A DNA stretch of 63,834 nucleotides, filler included, from Octopus bimaculoides (GCF_001194135.2; 6 parts of 6 records of this genome joined end to end with filler, not necessarily neighbours in it); one strand, 5' to 3'; numbered from the whole stretch's first letter, positions 23,817 through 37,280 are shown. Translations and numbers: made by a program. The notes: generated from the letters alone by a model not told the origin.

Positions 23817-24770
23817 CATTATTATTGTTGTTGTTGTTGCTTTTGTTATTGTTACTACTATTTTCCTATACACACCACAGATTAGTCTGTTTGAAAAGAA
23901 AAAAAAATCCTGATATAGTGGTACAACAAATAACTTTAGATGCCAAGTACCCTCCTAAGTATCCTAACTGTCTCTAATAACAGTTTTATGCAGCTGCACT
24001 AAACTGGGTTTTATGCCTATTTCCTCTATCCATCTATCCAGATCATTAGGAATAGTTTCCAATGCCCCAATAACTACTGGGATACATTTTATCCGCACTT
24101 ACCATAGTCTCTGTAATTCTATGGCTAAGTCCTGGTAATTTGCTTTTTTTGTTTTTGTACATTTCACATATTGATCTTTTCATCGTTTGGGACTGTAAAG
24201 TCAATTATCTGGCACTTTAAATTCTCTTTATCTGCTACTGCTAAATCAAGCCTTCTAGCTTCTATTACTTTGTCAGTCTGAAAGTCTCACAACATATTGT
24301 ATTTCTTACTTTCTAATATTTTATTAGGTTCATATTCATATCATTTATTAGTATCTACATAACTCCCTAGCTATGTACATATGTTGTAATGTCTTTTCTT
24401 GCATTCTTTCTGTACCAGCATGCTACATTCACTATATGAGTAACGCTTTCCTCTTTTGATTTGCATAACCTACATTGGGAATCTACTTGGTTTTTTGGCT
24501 ATCTTGGCTTTTATCCAATTAGTCCTCAATGCTTGATCTTCTGCAGCTACTAACAAACTTTCTGTCTCTCTTTTTAGTTTTCCTTTCTGCAAATATAGCT
24601 ATGTTTCACTACTACAATTTGCTACAGATATCTTTGTAAATCTACCATGTAACGCCTAATCCTGCCAGTCAGGTAATTTCTGCTCTTTCTTCTGGTTTTT
24701 AACTTCATTTGGGTTTTTAGTTTTTCTCTATCTTGCTGTGGATCTATTACCTACATAGGAGTCTATATTA

Positions 24771-24831
<61 letters not shown>

Positions 24832-24844
24832 TTATTATCATCAT

Positions 24845-24904
<60 letters not shown>

Positions 24905-24960
24905 CTTTATCGTTGTTATTACAGTTATTATTCTCCAGACAATCTTTATTATTATTTAAT
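23755..24960. repeat. (TTA)n/(TTG)n array 23755-23860 and (TTA)n(CTA)n array 24768-24960 flanking an R4/Dong fragment
   Basis: Directly visible. Confidence 0.9.
23862..24765 (-). mobile_element. R4/Dong-type 3' fragment (zinc knuckle + endonuclease), decayed
   Basis: ETESLLVAAEDQALRTNWIKAKI, IPVVIGALETIP and RILRRVLGI* remnants; flanked on both sides by (TTA)n arrays. Confidence 0.8.
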
Positions 24961-24964
24961 ATAT

Positions 24965-25776
24965 GCACAAGTGATTAAAACTTAGATGTCAAGAACTTTC
25001 CTAAGTATCCTAGCTGTGCTAATAATATTGTTTCCTGGAGCTGTACTAAACAAGGTTTCATGCCTATTTCCTCTATCCATTTGTTTAAATATTTAGGGTT
25101 AGTTCTTAATGCACCAATAACTCTAGGGAACATTTTACCCTCATTTTTATAGCTTCCGTAACTCAATGGCAAGGTTCTGGTACTTTTCTATTTTTCTCTA
25201 TTCTGCTCATGTTGCATTTCCCATCATTTGAGACAATAAAGTCAATTATTTGGCACTTTCTTTTCTTTTAATCTTCTACAGATAAATGAGCCCTTTTGGT
25301 TACTATTACTCTGTCAGTTTCAATGTCAAAATCCCACATCATCTTATATTTCTTTCTTTCTAGTACTTTGCCAAGTTCATGTTCATATCATTTATCAGTA
25401 TGTTCATATCTCACCTTTCTACATAACACTCGGTGGATTATTCTCCCCAGACTGTCATGTCTTTTCTTGTGCTCTTTCTCTGCTAGCATTCACTTCCTAT
25501 ATGAGTAGCAGTTCCCTCTTTCGATTATTTATTTTTTTTTTCGTCTATCTTACCATTTATTAAATTACTCTTTAATTTTTTATGTCATGCTGCTACTAAC
25601 AAGCTTTTCAGCCTTCCTTTCAGCAAACATAACCATGTCTCACTATTACTATTTGCTGCAAGTATCCTTGGAAATTTGCTCTGCAAATCTGCTTGCCAAC
25701 CAGAATTTATCCTTATTTTTCGAGATTTTAACTTCATTTGGCTTTTTGGTTTCCCTATATTCTACTGTTACTCTAG
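24965..25776 (-). mobile_element. Second R4/Dong-type 3' fragment related to 23862-24765
   Basis: VIGALRTNPKYLNKWIEEIGMKPCLVQLQETILL; DNA similarity to the neighbouring copy. Confidence 0.75.
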
Positions 25777-26880
25777 CAGGACTGTGCAGCCAGAGACAAT
25801 ATGATTTATTGATTCTTCTCTACCTCCACATATATATTCTGCAGTTAGTTGTATTTCTTTTCATTACATGTTTTTGGTAAATTCTGGTGGGGAGGCTTTG
25901 TTCTTTTGCCGCAATTAAAAATCGTTCAGTCTCTGCTTTGAGTCCTAAGTTTCTCAGCCATTGTTGGAATTTTGCTTTTCTAATTCTTTTCTGATTAGTT
26001 TAACCCAGTATTTACCATGAATGGGCTTTTCTTGCCATCGTTTTATCCGTTGTTGTTCCAGTTTTAGTTTGGATTTCATTTGCTTTACAGCGTTTTTTGT
26101 TATTTTTTTTTCTTCATAGTTGTTAGTTACTATGACTTCTATATATTTTTTTTTTGTATTTGTCAGCTTCCTTAAAAGCTGGAAACAATATTTTGTTTTG
26201 TTCGTATTTTTTGGCTATTTGTATTAGTTTTCCTTGCTTCTGAAGTAGGTATTTTTGTAGTTCTATGGTGGCTATTTTGTAATAGTTTTCTAGTTGTATA
26301 TGGCTTCTACCACTTTCCATACGTTGTATATATAACAGATGTTTTCTCTTATTTTCTATTTTTTCTGAATTTTATATATCCGCAAGATTTGTTTCGGTGG
26401 TGATACTTCTGTTTGGATTGGCTTGAGGGGGTATCCAGACTCTTCTGTGCCCCCAGAGGCTGCTGCATATAGTATATCATTTAGCCTGGTCATATTGACA
26501 TTAATTTCTGTGGCTATTAGTTCTGTGACGGCTAGGTTCATGCTATTTATTAGTGATGTCGTTTTATTATCAACTTGAAGTTTTTGGAGGTACAATCGGT
26601 GGTCCATACTGAGACCTGTTGCTTTCAATTATTTATATTTATTTTTAGAGTATCATAATCATTAGTTTCACCTTCAATGCTTCCAGGACTTAGATTTGAT
26701 TTGATTCATGTTCCCTCCTGTTCATATTTTTGTCTGTGGTGTTCTGGTTTGGTGCATTTTGCTTATCATTATACATTCCTACGGTCTGAGTTTGTTGTAT
26801 TTCGTTATTTAGCTTTTGTTAGACATGTTACGTCTGTTTTTGTGCTTTACATTCCTAGTGCTTATATTATCTAGCATTTC
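25777..26880 (-). mobile_element. R4/Dong-type element of another family, internally deleted (no RT)
   Basis: N-terminal RLNDILYAAA..PPKQ joined to post-RT LYIQRMESGRS, WQEKPIHGKY, LKAETERFLIAAKEQ, EESINHIVSGC. Confidence 0.75.
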
Positions 26881-27046
26881 TGTCTGATGCATGTATGTAT
26901 GTATGTATGTATGTATGCAAACAGAAAGACAGCAAAGGCAGAAGACATTCAGATGAATATTTAAACATGAATATTATATAGATATTTATTCTAATAGATC
27001 AAACTTACACAAAGTACATATAAATATGTGTGTGTTTCTGTTCGTT

Positions 27047-27080
<34 letters not shown>

Positions 27081-28575
27081 CACACACACACACACACACA
27101 CACACANNNNNNNNNNNNNNNNNNNNNNNNNNNNNNNNNNNNNNNNNNNNNNNNNNNNNNNNNNNNNNNNNNNNNNNNNNNNNNNNNNNNNNNNNNNNNN
27201 NNNNNNNNNNNNNNNNNNNNNNNNNNNNNNNNNNNNNNNNNNNNNNNNNNNNNNNNNNNNNNNNNNNNNNNNNNNNNNNNNNNNNNNNNNNNNNNNNNNN
27301 NNNNNNNNNNNNNNNNNNNNNNNNNNNNNNNNNNNNNNNNNNNNNNNNNNNNNNNNNNNNNNNNNNNNNNNNNNNNNNNNNNNNNNNNNNNNNNNNNNNN
27401 NNNNNNNNNNNNNNNNNNNNNNNNNNNNNNNNNNNNNNNNNNNNNNNNNNNNNNNNNNNNNNNNNNNNNNNNNNNNNNNNNNNNNNNNNNNNNNNNNNNN
27501 NNNNNNNNNNNNNNNNNNNNNNNNNNNNNNNNNNNNNNNNNNNNNNNNNNNNNNNNNNNNNNNNNNNNNNNNNNNNNNNNNNNNNNNNNNNNNNNNNNNN
27601 NNNNNNNNNNNNNNNNNNNNNNNNNNNNNNNNNNNNNNNNNNNNNNNNNNNNNNNNNNNNNNNNNNNNNNNNNNNNNNNNNNNNNNNNNNNNNNNNNNNN
27701 NNNNNNNNNNNNNNNNNNNNNNNNNNNNNNNNNNNNNNNNNNNNNNNNNNNNNNNNNNNNNNNNNNNNNNNNNNNNNNNNNNNNNNNNNNNNNNNNNNNN
27801 NNNNNNNNNNNNNNNNNNNNNNNNNNNNNNNNNNNNNNNNNNNNNNNNNNNNNNNNNNNNNNNNNNNNNNNNNNNNNATATATATATATATATATATATA
27901 CATATATGTATGTATGTATGTATCTATGTATGCATATATCTTTATGGGAGCACGCGCGTGTGTATGGTCTCTAAGATTGAATTCAAAATAAATATTTGGC
28001 TAGTTTAGTAATGTAATACTGAACGTATACTTACATGCGTATGTGTTTGTATGTATGTGCACGCCCGAGTGTGCCTGTATGGACGTTGGCGCGTGCCTCT
28101 ATGTATGTGTGTGTAAGTTTGCTACTTTGTGTCGTTGTGTAGAATATTTATTTATATTTATTCTAACCAGAGAAAAAACTAAGACTCAAAAATATGGGTA
28201 TTGATTGATGTTGATGCTGTTGTCGCGGTTACTGTTTCCACTGAGGGTGTTGTTGCCGTCGCAGTTGTTGTTATCCATTGGCCCCAATAAGCCTTGTTTG
28301 AGTAAAATCATTGTCAGACGCATCCATTTCAGACGTGATCTTCCAATTTATTTCTTAAATTCAAGGAAAGCAGGAATACCTTGTATAACGTCTCGTTTTT
28401 GAATAATAGCAAAAAGTGATTCAAAGACGATTTGCCGCTATTTCTAACACAGACGTAGTCTATTAACGTTGTCTGCCTCCATGCGCAACGTAAGATTAGT
28501 TGCATGCTGTTTTGTATTTGTTTATAGTCTAATTGACTTGTTTGTGAATGCGCACGCATGTGTTTGTGTGTGTGT

Positions 28576-28606
<31 letters not shown>

Positions 28607-28869
28607 CAGCAAGTTTAGTAGCCTGAACAGGACTTACATAATCCACATTAAACCTAATGTATTGACAATACTTTAATGTTGATTCTTAATGTTAGCCCAG
28701 TTCGATCGTTCGTTATGTGCTATTAATTCGTTTATGCACCATTTTATTTATTTACTTATTGCAATTTGCATATATTTTGAATCTTATATATTTGTCATGT
28801 TATAATTTTTAGCAGTTTGTTGTCATGTGTGTAAGCCGTGTTTATTATTATTATTATTATTTTTCACTG

Positions 28870-29400
28870 TGAGGTTTGGTTGTATGTGATAATCTTTGGT
28901 GTTTCTGGTAACAGGGTAGATTAAGGAGATGAATAATTAAATTTGTTGCGTGTGATCCGGGATTTTTTGTGATTATATTCGATTTGGAGTAGTTGTTAGC
29001 CACGTCTGGAATATCATGCGGTTATGTAACTATGACATCATTTGCATATTTGGCTGTGATTGATTTGTATAGATATGAGATCTTTATAATTTAAAAATCC
29101 TGGATCTCACAAACGACTCGGATTATAGTCGTGTCTATTCAGAGAAATGCAAATTTTTAAATGCGTTATTGCAGTATACAGTTATGCATAATTATGTGAC
29201 TAATAGCTTGATAAATAGTGCTTAATATGGATATCAAAGGATATGGTTGGCATTTGTATATGACTGGTTACTGGAAAGAGGAGGTGTCGTTTGCTGATAT
29301 AGAGGATAATATATTGATGCTGAGATAAATTAGTGATGTTGATAAGGCGTTGGAGACAATAACACACGGTATTTTTTCTGATTCTTTGCAAATCCTAACG
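28870..29400 (-). mobile_element. Very decayed LINE reverse-transcriptase remnant
   Basis: NTVCYCLQRLIN, PTISFDIHI and TAKYANDVIV (YADD-like) occur in RT order; weak. Confidence 0.35.
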
Positions 29401-30460
29401 TGACATATGACCAACTTTTTCTTTCGTAATCAATAAAAAATAAACAAACTAGGAACTCTGGATTGGAGATACTCTTAAAGCATCGAGTTCGATGCTTTGT
29501 AATGTCTGTTCTTTTCCTTTATATCATGAAATCAGTACGTGCGACAACACTGCTACTAAGTTATATCGATCATAAAACGCCTGTTTTCCCTTGGACAAAA
29601 TCGGTTGCATGTGCGCTGGGATGAAACCTCGTTGAAAAAGCAACTAACGATTTAAGAAGAAACAACCAAAGTTTGCCCGGACTACGCATGTAACTGCATA
29701 CACATGATCAAACCTGACCGAAGGCGGCTTTTATAAGAATGGTTCGTTGAATAAAGAGTTAATCCAAGTTGTCAGAAACAGAAAGGAATGTATACGCAAT
29801 GCTATGTACTGTCATTCTTATATTTTTGAAAGTACACATACGAAAGTGATGTTTAAATGTGACGCTGATGCAGTTTCGTTTTACGATTATGATGATTTTG
29901 CAGTTTCAGAAAATGGGGAATCAATGGTGTTGATACAAGCATTTGAAGATTCTAATAAGTGCAAGGAGTCTTCTCGGCTCTAATTTGGTTTAGGATTTGG
30001 TTTAGGATTGTTTCATTACTCTCTGCTGTGTTTCATTTATTTATTTTCATGGAAGGAAGGAAGGAAGGAAGGAAGGAAGGAAGGAAGGAAGGAAGGAAGG
30101 AAGGANNNNNNNNNNNNNNNNNNNNNNNNNNNNNNNNNNNNNNNNNNNNNNNNNNNNNNNNNNNNNNNNNNNNNNNNNNNNNNNNNNNNNNNNNNNNNNN
30201 NNNNNNNNNNNNNNNNNNNNNNNNNNNNNNNNNNNNNNNNNNNNNNNNNNNNNNNNNNNNNNNNNNNNNNNNNNNNNNNNNNNNNNNNNNNNNNNNNNNN
30301 NNNNNNNNNNNNNNNNNNNNNNNNNNNNNNNNNNNNNNNNNNNNNNNNNNNNNNNNNNNNNNNNNNNNNNNNNNNNNNNNNNNNNNNNNNNNNNNNNNNN
30401 NNNNNNNNNNNNNNNNNNNNNNNNNNNNNNNNNNNNNNNNNNNNNNNNNNNNNNNNNNNN

Positions 30461-30535
<75 letters not shown>

Positions 30536-30659
30536 GGTGTTAATGTAAGATTAAGTAAGTTTGTGAAGTTGTATATAAAAAAAAATGTTTAATACATTTA
30601 ATACAAAGAACGTACATATGTATTCATATGAAAGAAGTCCGACTTACAGAGAATGGAAA

Positions 30660-32230
30660 AGATATCAGGAATTAAGGGTTGAGTACATTTTTCCGAGTCC
30701 CAAAGTTTTTTTCTTGGAACTTGGTGATCCAAAATGATGCTTGTAACTTGATTCCATCATCGGATGCCACCAACCTTCGTCTTCAGGGAAGAATTCTATA
30801 TTTGAGGTGTTGACAGAATGGAGATTAAAGAAGGAATGATTTTGTGGAGAACTAAGCGTATTGGAAAGAGGAGTTGGTGGTGTTTAGATAGAGAGTAGTG
30901 GGAGGAGAAAATAGATCTTGGAGTTACGGTTAATAATGAGGCGAGTGATAGTAGAAGTGGAAGGTGTGAGGAAGGGAGAGTGTAGTTTAAGTAGTACGTG
31001 AAAGATAAACTTTGTGTTAGTTTGCATGGAGTCTATAGAGTTAAAGGTTCGGATAGAGAAACAGGGATGGTTATTTGAGTGAAATGAGTTGACTGGTTCA
31101 GTAGCTGGGGGTGAGAAGGTGGTCAAAAGTATTCGTTATTAGTTCAAAGGAATTGGGAGGGTATTGAATGGGTGGGGTGGGGAGTTATGGTAAATAGAGG
31201 AGTTTGGGATTGAATAGAGGGGTGTGAGTAGGGAGGAGATAAAGGTAGATTGGTCAGTGTTCAAAGGAGTGGCGTATTGTTATGTACTTTTTGAAACTGG
31301 GGAGGGTGGGGAAGCTAAGAGGGAAGTGTGACGTAGTTGATTTGAAGAAAGTGGAAGAAACTGGAGATGTATGTATGAGAGAGAGTAGAAGGCGCTAGAG
31401 TAGTATTTTCTAACTAGTGGATTGCAGGGCTGAGTTTGTCTTGTTTTAAGGTGTTTTGAGGTATGAAAACTTGTTATGAGATTATATGGATTTGGTGAAG
31501 TGCGTGACAGATGAGTAGAACCTATGTCTACAAGAATAAATAACATGAGAGAATTTATGAAGTAATGAGGCGTTATAAAGGCGAGGATTGGTTAATGATT
31601 CTTTTAGACATAATTTACAATTGCCGATGTTTGCAAGTATGGTGAAGACTCGCATACTGCGGACCAGGATTGGGTGTAAGAAATATTTTGGTATTTGAGG
31701 TGGTATATATACGTTGCCAAGGCGGTTGACAATTTAGTATTTGGATTGGCGAAAGATTTCGTGAGTATACGGTAGCGGCGCTTGAAATCTACAGTGCCAC
31801 CGATATATATAACCTTGCTTGATGGGAGCGTAGTGTTAATGCACTGCATAGATTATATTTATGCGCGGACAAGAGCTTCCAATAGGGCGTAATTGAGATA
31901 CATGACAATTAAAAATTTCGTACCAGCTCCGTGATTGGGACTTTGTACAAGCGAGGTTGAGCTCAGTTGGTTCATTAAGTGGGGGAGAACCAGAAGTGTG
32001 ATCTACATTTGCATTGGATTGGGAGGTGGTATTGCAGCTAGTATTTGTTGTCGCGTAGGTAGGATTGAAGAATGATTGCTTGAATCTAATATTATTTGAG
32101 GGGCTTTTATTAAGGGCTGTGTTATTGCTACTATCTGGGTTAACATGGGGTGCAGTATGAGAATTTAGGTGTTCGGAGGATTGATGTTGGAGTTTGCATT
32201 TCTTTCAAGAGACGATTATGGATCCTAAAT
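30660..32230 (-). mobile_element. Penelope-like element fragment: GIY-YIG endonuclease plus long C/T-rich 3' tail
   Basis: IYIGGTVDFKRRY..SF..STALATYIYHLK..WS..SSPY then CLKE..SCRH, the typical PLE endonuclease C-terminus. Confidence 0.75.
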
Positions 32231-32419
32231 TAGTTCTCCAATTCTCTGTAAATCAGACTTCTTTTGTATTAATAAATATGTACATTCTTTGTGTTAAACG
32301 TATTTAACATTTTTTTATATATCAAATTGACTAAGTATTTTGTCTTTACATTTACTCCTCTATCTGGTCATGTTCAAATCTCTTGTGCACCACGAAGTAT
32401 CTTCTATACAGAGAATACC

Positions 32420-32681
32420 TGTCTCATGGCCGTGTGGTAAGCAGCTTGTTTACCATCCACATGGTTCTGGGTTCAGTCTTCTCCTATAGCCTCGGGCCGA
32501 CCAAGACCTTGTGAGTGGATTTGGTAGTCGGGAACTGAAATTAGTCCGTCGTATTCTTTCTGTTGAAGAGCGTAGCTCGAAACGTCAAAGACTTTCCGTA
32601 TTCCCGAGCGTCATACTAATATATACTTTTGTTATTTACACCACCTGTCCTCGTCTGTTGTTATTTTTTGTATATTCTCCC

Positions 32682-32738
<57 letters not shown>

Positions 32739-32945
32739 TATGTATGTATGTATGTATGTATGTTTGTGTCTGTGTCTGTGATTGTCCCCTCACCATCGCT
32801 TGAAAACCGATGCTGGTGTAGTTACGTTCCCGTAACTAGCGGTTCGGCAAAAGAGACCGATTGAATAATTACTAGGCTTACAAAGAATAAGTCCTGGCGT
32901 CGATTTGTTCGACTAAAGGCGGTGCTCCAGGATGGCCGCAGTCAA
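32420..32945 (+). mobile_element. SINE family A with a nested hammerhead module
   Basis: Head and tail match 2561 and 49266; a foreign segment occupies 32553-32682. Confidence 0.8.
32555..32592 (+). ncRNA. Minimal hammerhead motif with a 3-nt insertion in the core
   Basis: TCTTT/AAAGA helix I; CTG[TTG]AAGA; G-CGTAGCT-C; GAAACGTC (GUC triplet). Confidence 0.65.
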
Positions 32946-33059
32946 TTTTTATATATAAATATATAAACAAGCACACACACACACAGATATAAATATACAT
33001 ACAATTAGATATAAATCAGTTACTGTTGTGTTTAGTGTAGTACGTAAATATTTCATCAT

Positions 33060-33600
33060 TCAGTCTGCTTTCTGTATTGAATAACTTCTATTGTGAGTTG
33101 TACTATGTAATTTTTTTCTATTTTTCTGGGCATTTTTTCTATCTTGTACTTCGAGCTTCAAGTTGGCACTGGTTTTTACTAGGTTGGATATTTTAGTTAG
33201 ATAATTAAGGTGGTATTTTGAATTTAACTTTTTGAGATAGGTCTTTTGAAATCCTATGGGATAACTTTGTTTCAATGAATGTACTGCAGAATCGATTTTG
33301 GTGGTTCCATTGTTGTTGATTTCTGAGAATTTTATTTCTGTCTCTTGGTAAAAGATATTCCACTGGGCAATTTAATTTTTTTGTAAGTTTTGAAAATGCT
33401 TTGATTTTGTTTATTGATGTATTAATATAGTAAAATTTTGATAGACAAGTTGTGGAAGGGAGGTGAGCTGGCGTATTGTTTATTGTATGCTCATGGTGAA
33501 TAAGTGAGTGCAGTAGAGAGTGATCTCTAGAGAGCAAGATTTCTTTTGTTTGCTTCTTGAGTTACCTTAGTGAGATTTTCGTTATATTTTGTTTTGGAGT
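33060..33600 (-). mobile_element. Possible N-terminal region of the Penelope-like ORF
   Basis: Overlapping Lys/Asn-rich frames including LKQSYPIGF, same strand as and upstream of the GIY-YIG fragment; motif support is weak. Confidence 0.3.
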
Positions 33601-34478
33601 GGTGAGGGCAGTGGTGGTTATTACAGACTTCGATGTTTCAATTATCGTATTACTGTATCAAATCTATCATTCGAAAACTTTTTGTGTTATGTGCATTTGA
33701 TAAAGTGTTAAGTTATAGTAGCTGAGACATCCATCAAAGTAGAGGCAAAATGCATTTTGACAAAATGTACAGCTTATATTATTATCGTTTTATAAAATTC
33801 TATATTGTATATTACTATAAGTAAACTTCAGGTTAGTTAAAATTTGTTTGCGACACATTTCAATTGCTACAAAGCAGATTCAATGCAGTTACACTGGGGA
33901 AAATTATTTCACTTATTATAGAAAGGTATAAAAACACTATTAATGTATTACTGATTATCAGAAAGTAAGCGATAATATGGGAAGCGACTGTGGTGACCTT
34001 AAGTGCAGGCTATATTAGAGACATATGATAGCCTCGTAATACTATAAACTTCAACTGAAATTAATCGAATATTTTCAGAAGAGAATCAAATCTTTGAAAG
34101 CAGAGAACTGAAATGGGTTTATAAATAGAATCAGTTCTACTTTCCACTCTATGGTATATGTTTTTATTTGATTCCTTTTGCTAGTATTACTTATATATAG
34201 GTGTGTTCAATTAGTATTCAAGTGTTGTTCTCAGTATTCAAAGTTGATGGAATAGTTAATGTATACTAACAGACTGATGTTGGATCTTTAAATATNNNNN
34301 NNNNNNNNNNNNNNNNNNNNNNNNNNNNNNNNNNNNNNNNNNNNNNNNNNNNNNNNNNNNNNNNNNNNNNNNNNNNNNNNNNNNNNNNNNNNNNNNNNNN
34401 NNNNNNNNNNNNNNNNNNNNNNNNNNNNNNNNNNNNNNNNNNNNNNNNNNNNNNNNNNNNNNNNNNNNNNNNNNNNNN

Positions 34479-34533
<55 letters not shown>

Positions 34534-35547
34534 CAAACAAACATATACATATTAGATAATGTACACATACATAAAATTGCAGCACACAAATACATATGAA
34601 TAACCAGAAATACAATCGGCTCAAGAAACTCTTTGATTTTCACATAAATTCTGGTTGGGCGTTCTCAGGTTTATACATAGTATATGTTTTATTTATTTCA
34701 GAGTTACTACCTTCTCGGCAAAGAGCATAAACTCGAGATATGAACGATAATCTTAATTCCATTTCTTGAACTTCAATCTATTAACAACAACGTTTTTACT
34801 TGTTTTTCATGTTCCTTTTACTTTGTCGTCAACTTTGCACACGTATGTATGTGTGTGGGGGGTACGCGTGTATGTGCGTGCGTGTGTGCTGTGTGTCTTC
34901 ATATGTGTGTATTTGTGTGTGTCTGCGTGAGTATATGTGTGAGCGTGTGAGAAAGAAGATATCGGTAAATTTAACTATTTATCTCTNNNNNNNNNNNNNN
35001 NNNNNNNNNNNNNNNNNNNNNNNNNNNNNNNNNNNNNNNNNNNNNNNNNNNNNNNNNNNNNNNNNNNNNNNNNNNNNNNNNNNNNNNNNNNNNNNNNNNN
35101 NNNNNNNNNNNNNNNNNNNNNNNNNNNNNNNNNNNNNNNNNNNNNNNNNNNNNNNNNNNNNNNNNNNNNNNNNNNNNNNNNNNNNNNNNNNNNNNNNNNN
35201 NNNNNNNNNNNNNNNNNNNNNNNNNNNNNNNNNNNNNNNNNNNNNNNNNNNNNNNNNNNNNNNNNNNNNNNNNNNNNNNNNNNNNNNNNNNNNNNNNNNN
35301 NNNNNNNNNNNNNNNNNNNNNNNNNNNNNNNNNNNNNNNNNNNNNNNNNNNNNNNNNNNNNNNNNNNNNNNNNNNNNNNNNNNNNNNNNNNNNNNNNNNN
35401 NNNNNNNNNNNNNNNNNNNNNNNNNNNNNNNNNNNNNNNNNNNNNNNNNNNNNNNNNNNNNNNNNNNNNNNNNNNNNNNNNNNNNNNNNNNNNNNNNNNN
35501 NNNNNNNNNNNNNNNNNNNNNNNNNNNNNNNNNNNNNNNNNNNNNNN

Positions 35548-35580
<33 letters not shown>

Positions 35581-35732
35581 TATATTATGTATGCAAATAT
35601 TTATATGCCCATCCATATATACATATACATATATCTTCTTGTCAAAATTTACCCTGAACACTTTGTATGTGTGCGAGTGTTTGTATGTCTTTGTGTGTGT
35701 GTGCCTGTATGTCTGTGTGTTCGTGTGTTCAC

Positions 35733-35765
<33 letters not shown>

Positions 35766-36519
35766 CGTGCGTACATATATATCACTCATTCAACATACCT
35801 TCACACTCACTATTTCACTCTCTTCTGGGTATTTCAACTTCACTCATTCTCTTCATTCCCTCTCTCTTTCTTTTACTTTTTGTCTTTCTTTATATCCACC
35901 ATTTCTCTAACATCCAAAGAATAATGTGTCAGTATTTGATTTTTTCAAAGAAAAAAACATGAAAGCATATGGCTCAAAATCTTTGAAACAACAAAGTAAG
36001 ATCAAATCTTTTGGGGGAAATATAAAAACAAACAACAAAGGAACAAACAAACAATAAAAAACAAACAGACATCTTCATCAACAATCTGAAGAAGAAAAAA
36101 TGTGCCTGCTCATAATTTAAATCATATACTTCTTCACACACAAACGTATACACACCTACTCAGAAACTTAAATAATCTTTGACACGTACAAACAGGCTTA
36201 TTCTCCAAGGCACACAAAATAACTTACTCAACAACGTACACGTAGAGATGCAAACTTACATATATAATCTGCAATATATCCGGAAGCAAATGAGAGAACA
36301 TTCGCCTACAAAACATAGCAATCTAATCATTCTCTGATCAGCCATACTGCCGTTTAATATGTTCTATGGCATAGTGTCTTTCAATGAACAGTATCACCGT
36401 ATCACAATAAAGGTATAGAGAGGGGTATGTTATTTCTAGACCGCATTTAATCATATACCTTTTCAATGAGGATTAATCTAGGGCTAAACAATATAACACA
36501 CCATATATATATATATATA

Positions 36520-36551
<32 letters not shown>

Positions 36552-36912
36552 NNNNNNNNNNNNNNNNNNNNNNNNNNNNNNNNNNNNNNNNNNNNTTAAT
36601 TAATTAANNNNNNNNNNNNNNNNNNNNNNNNNNNNNNNNNNNNNNNNNNNNACACACTTCCTGTTTTGACACCACATTTCCTGCTTAACACAAACTTTTA
36701 ACCCTTTTTTTAAACCTAACAAAACTCTCAACTCTCATGCATCCTTATTTTTCCTACCAATTTATACATGAACTACTATTGAACTACAAAAGCTCAAAGA
36801 CAATATAATGTATGGGTATATTTATTTTTTTTATATATTATTGTTTTATATATTATTTTCTTCATTTTGTACTTTTTTGTACTTCTTTGTAAACAAACAT
36901 TTTCATTCTCCT

Positions 36913-36951
36913 TCTTGATAATTTGCTTCATCGCAATGAAAACCGGTTAGA
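36913..36951 (+). ncRNA. Hammerhead motif, U3-A8 core variant
   Basis: TTGATAA (36915-36921); TTGC/GCAA helix II; GAAA; perfect palindrome AACCGGTT; UUA triplet. Only 2 bp of helix I remain. Confidence 0.55.
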
Positions 36952-37280
36952 CAAAATCTTCATTAAATTATGCTCCCAGTTCAGCATGCTGGCTTTTTTA
37001 CATTTTCCTATATATATAATAAGGATTCAAATAGGATCGGGTACTTGAAACGGTATACACCAGGTAGGGTTGGAAAAAACTTTGGTCACCGCCTGTAGTT
37101 GATAAATATCAAGTAGGATATTCCGGTTGTGTACACAGTAAAAACCATCGCTATGAGTATTTAGCACCTACGGGCTGGCCCAAAGCATATGTTACGCTGA
37201 TTGTAAGTTGTTGGCATACTGCAGGGTGTACGACGTGTCGTAAATCTCTATGCTGTATTATAATCAAACGAATAATAAAA

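Noticed and set aside
28200-28530. Protein-like phrases in a GC-richer island
   Set aside because: Every frame is interrupted and no family was recognised.
29747-29983. 78-aa plus-strand ORF
   Set aside because: Within chance length, with no motif or consistent splice signals.
30740-30800. CCGATGA and CTGAAGA heptamers in the PLE tail (minus strand)
   Set aside because: This is the expected location, but I could not find a complete GAAA/helix III/NUH arrangement.
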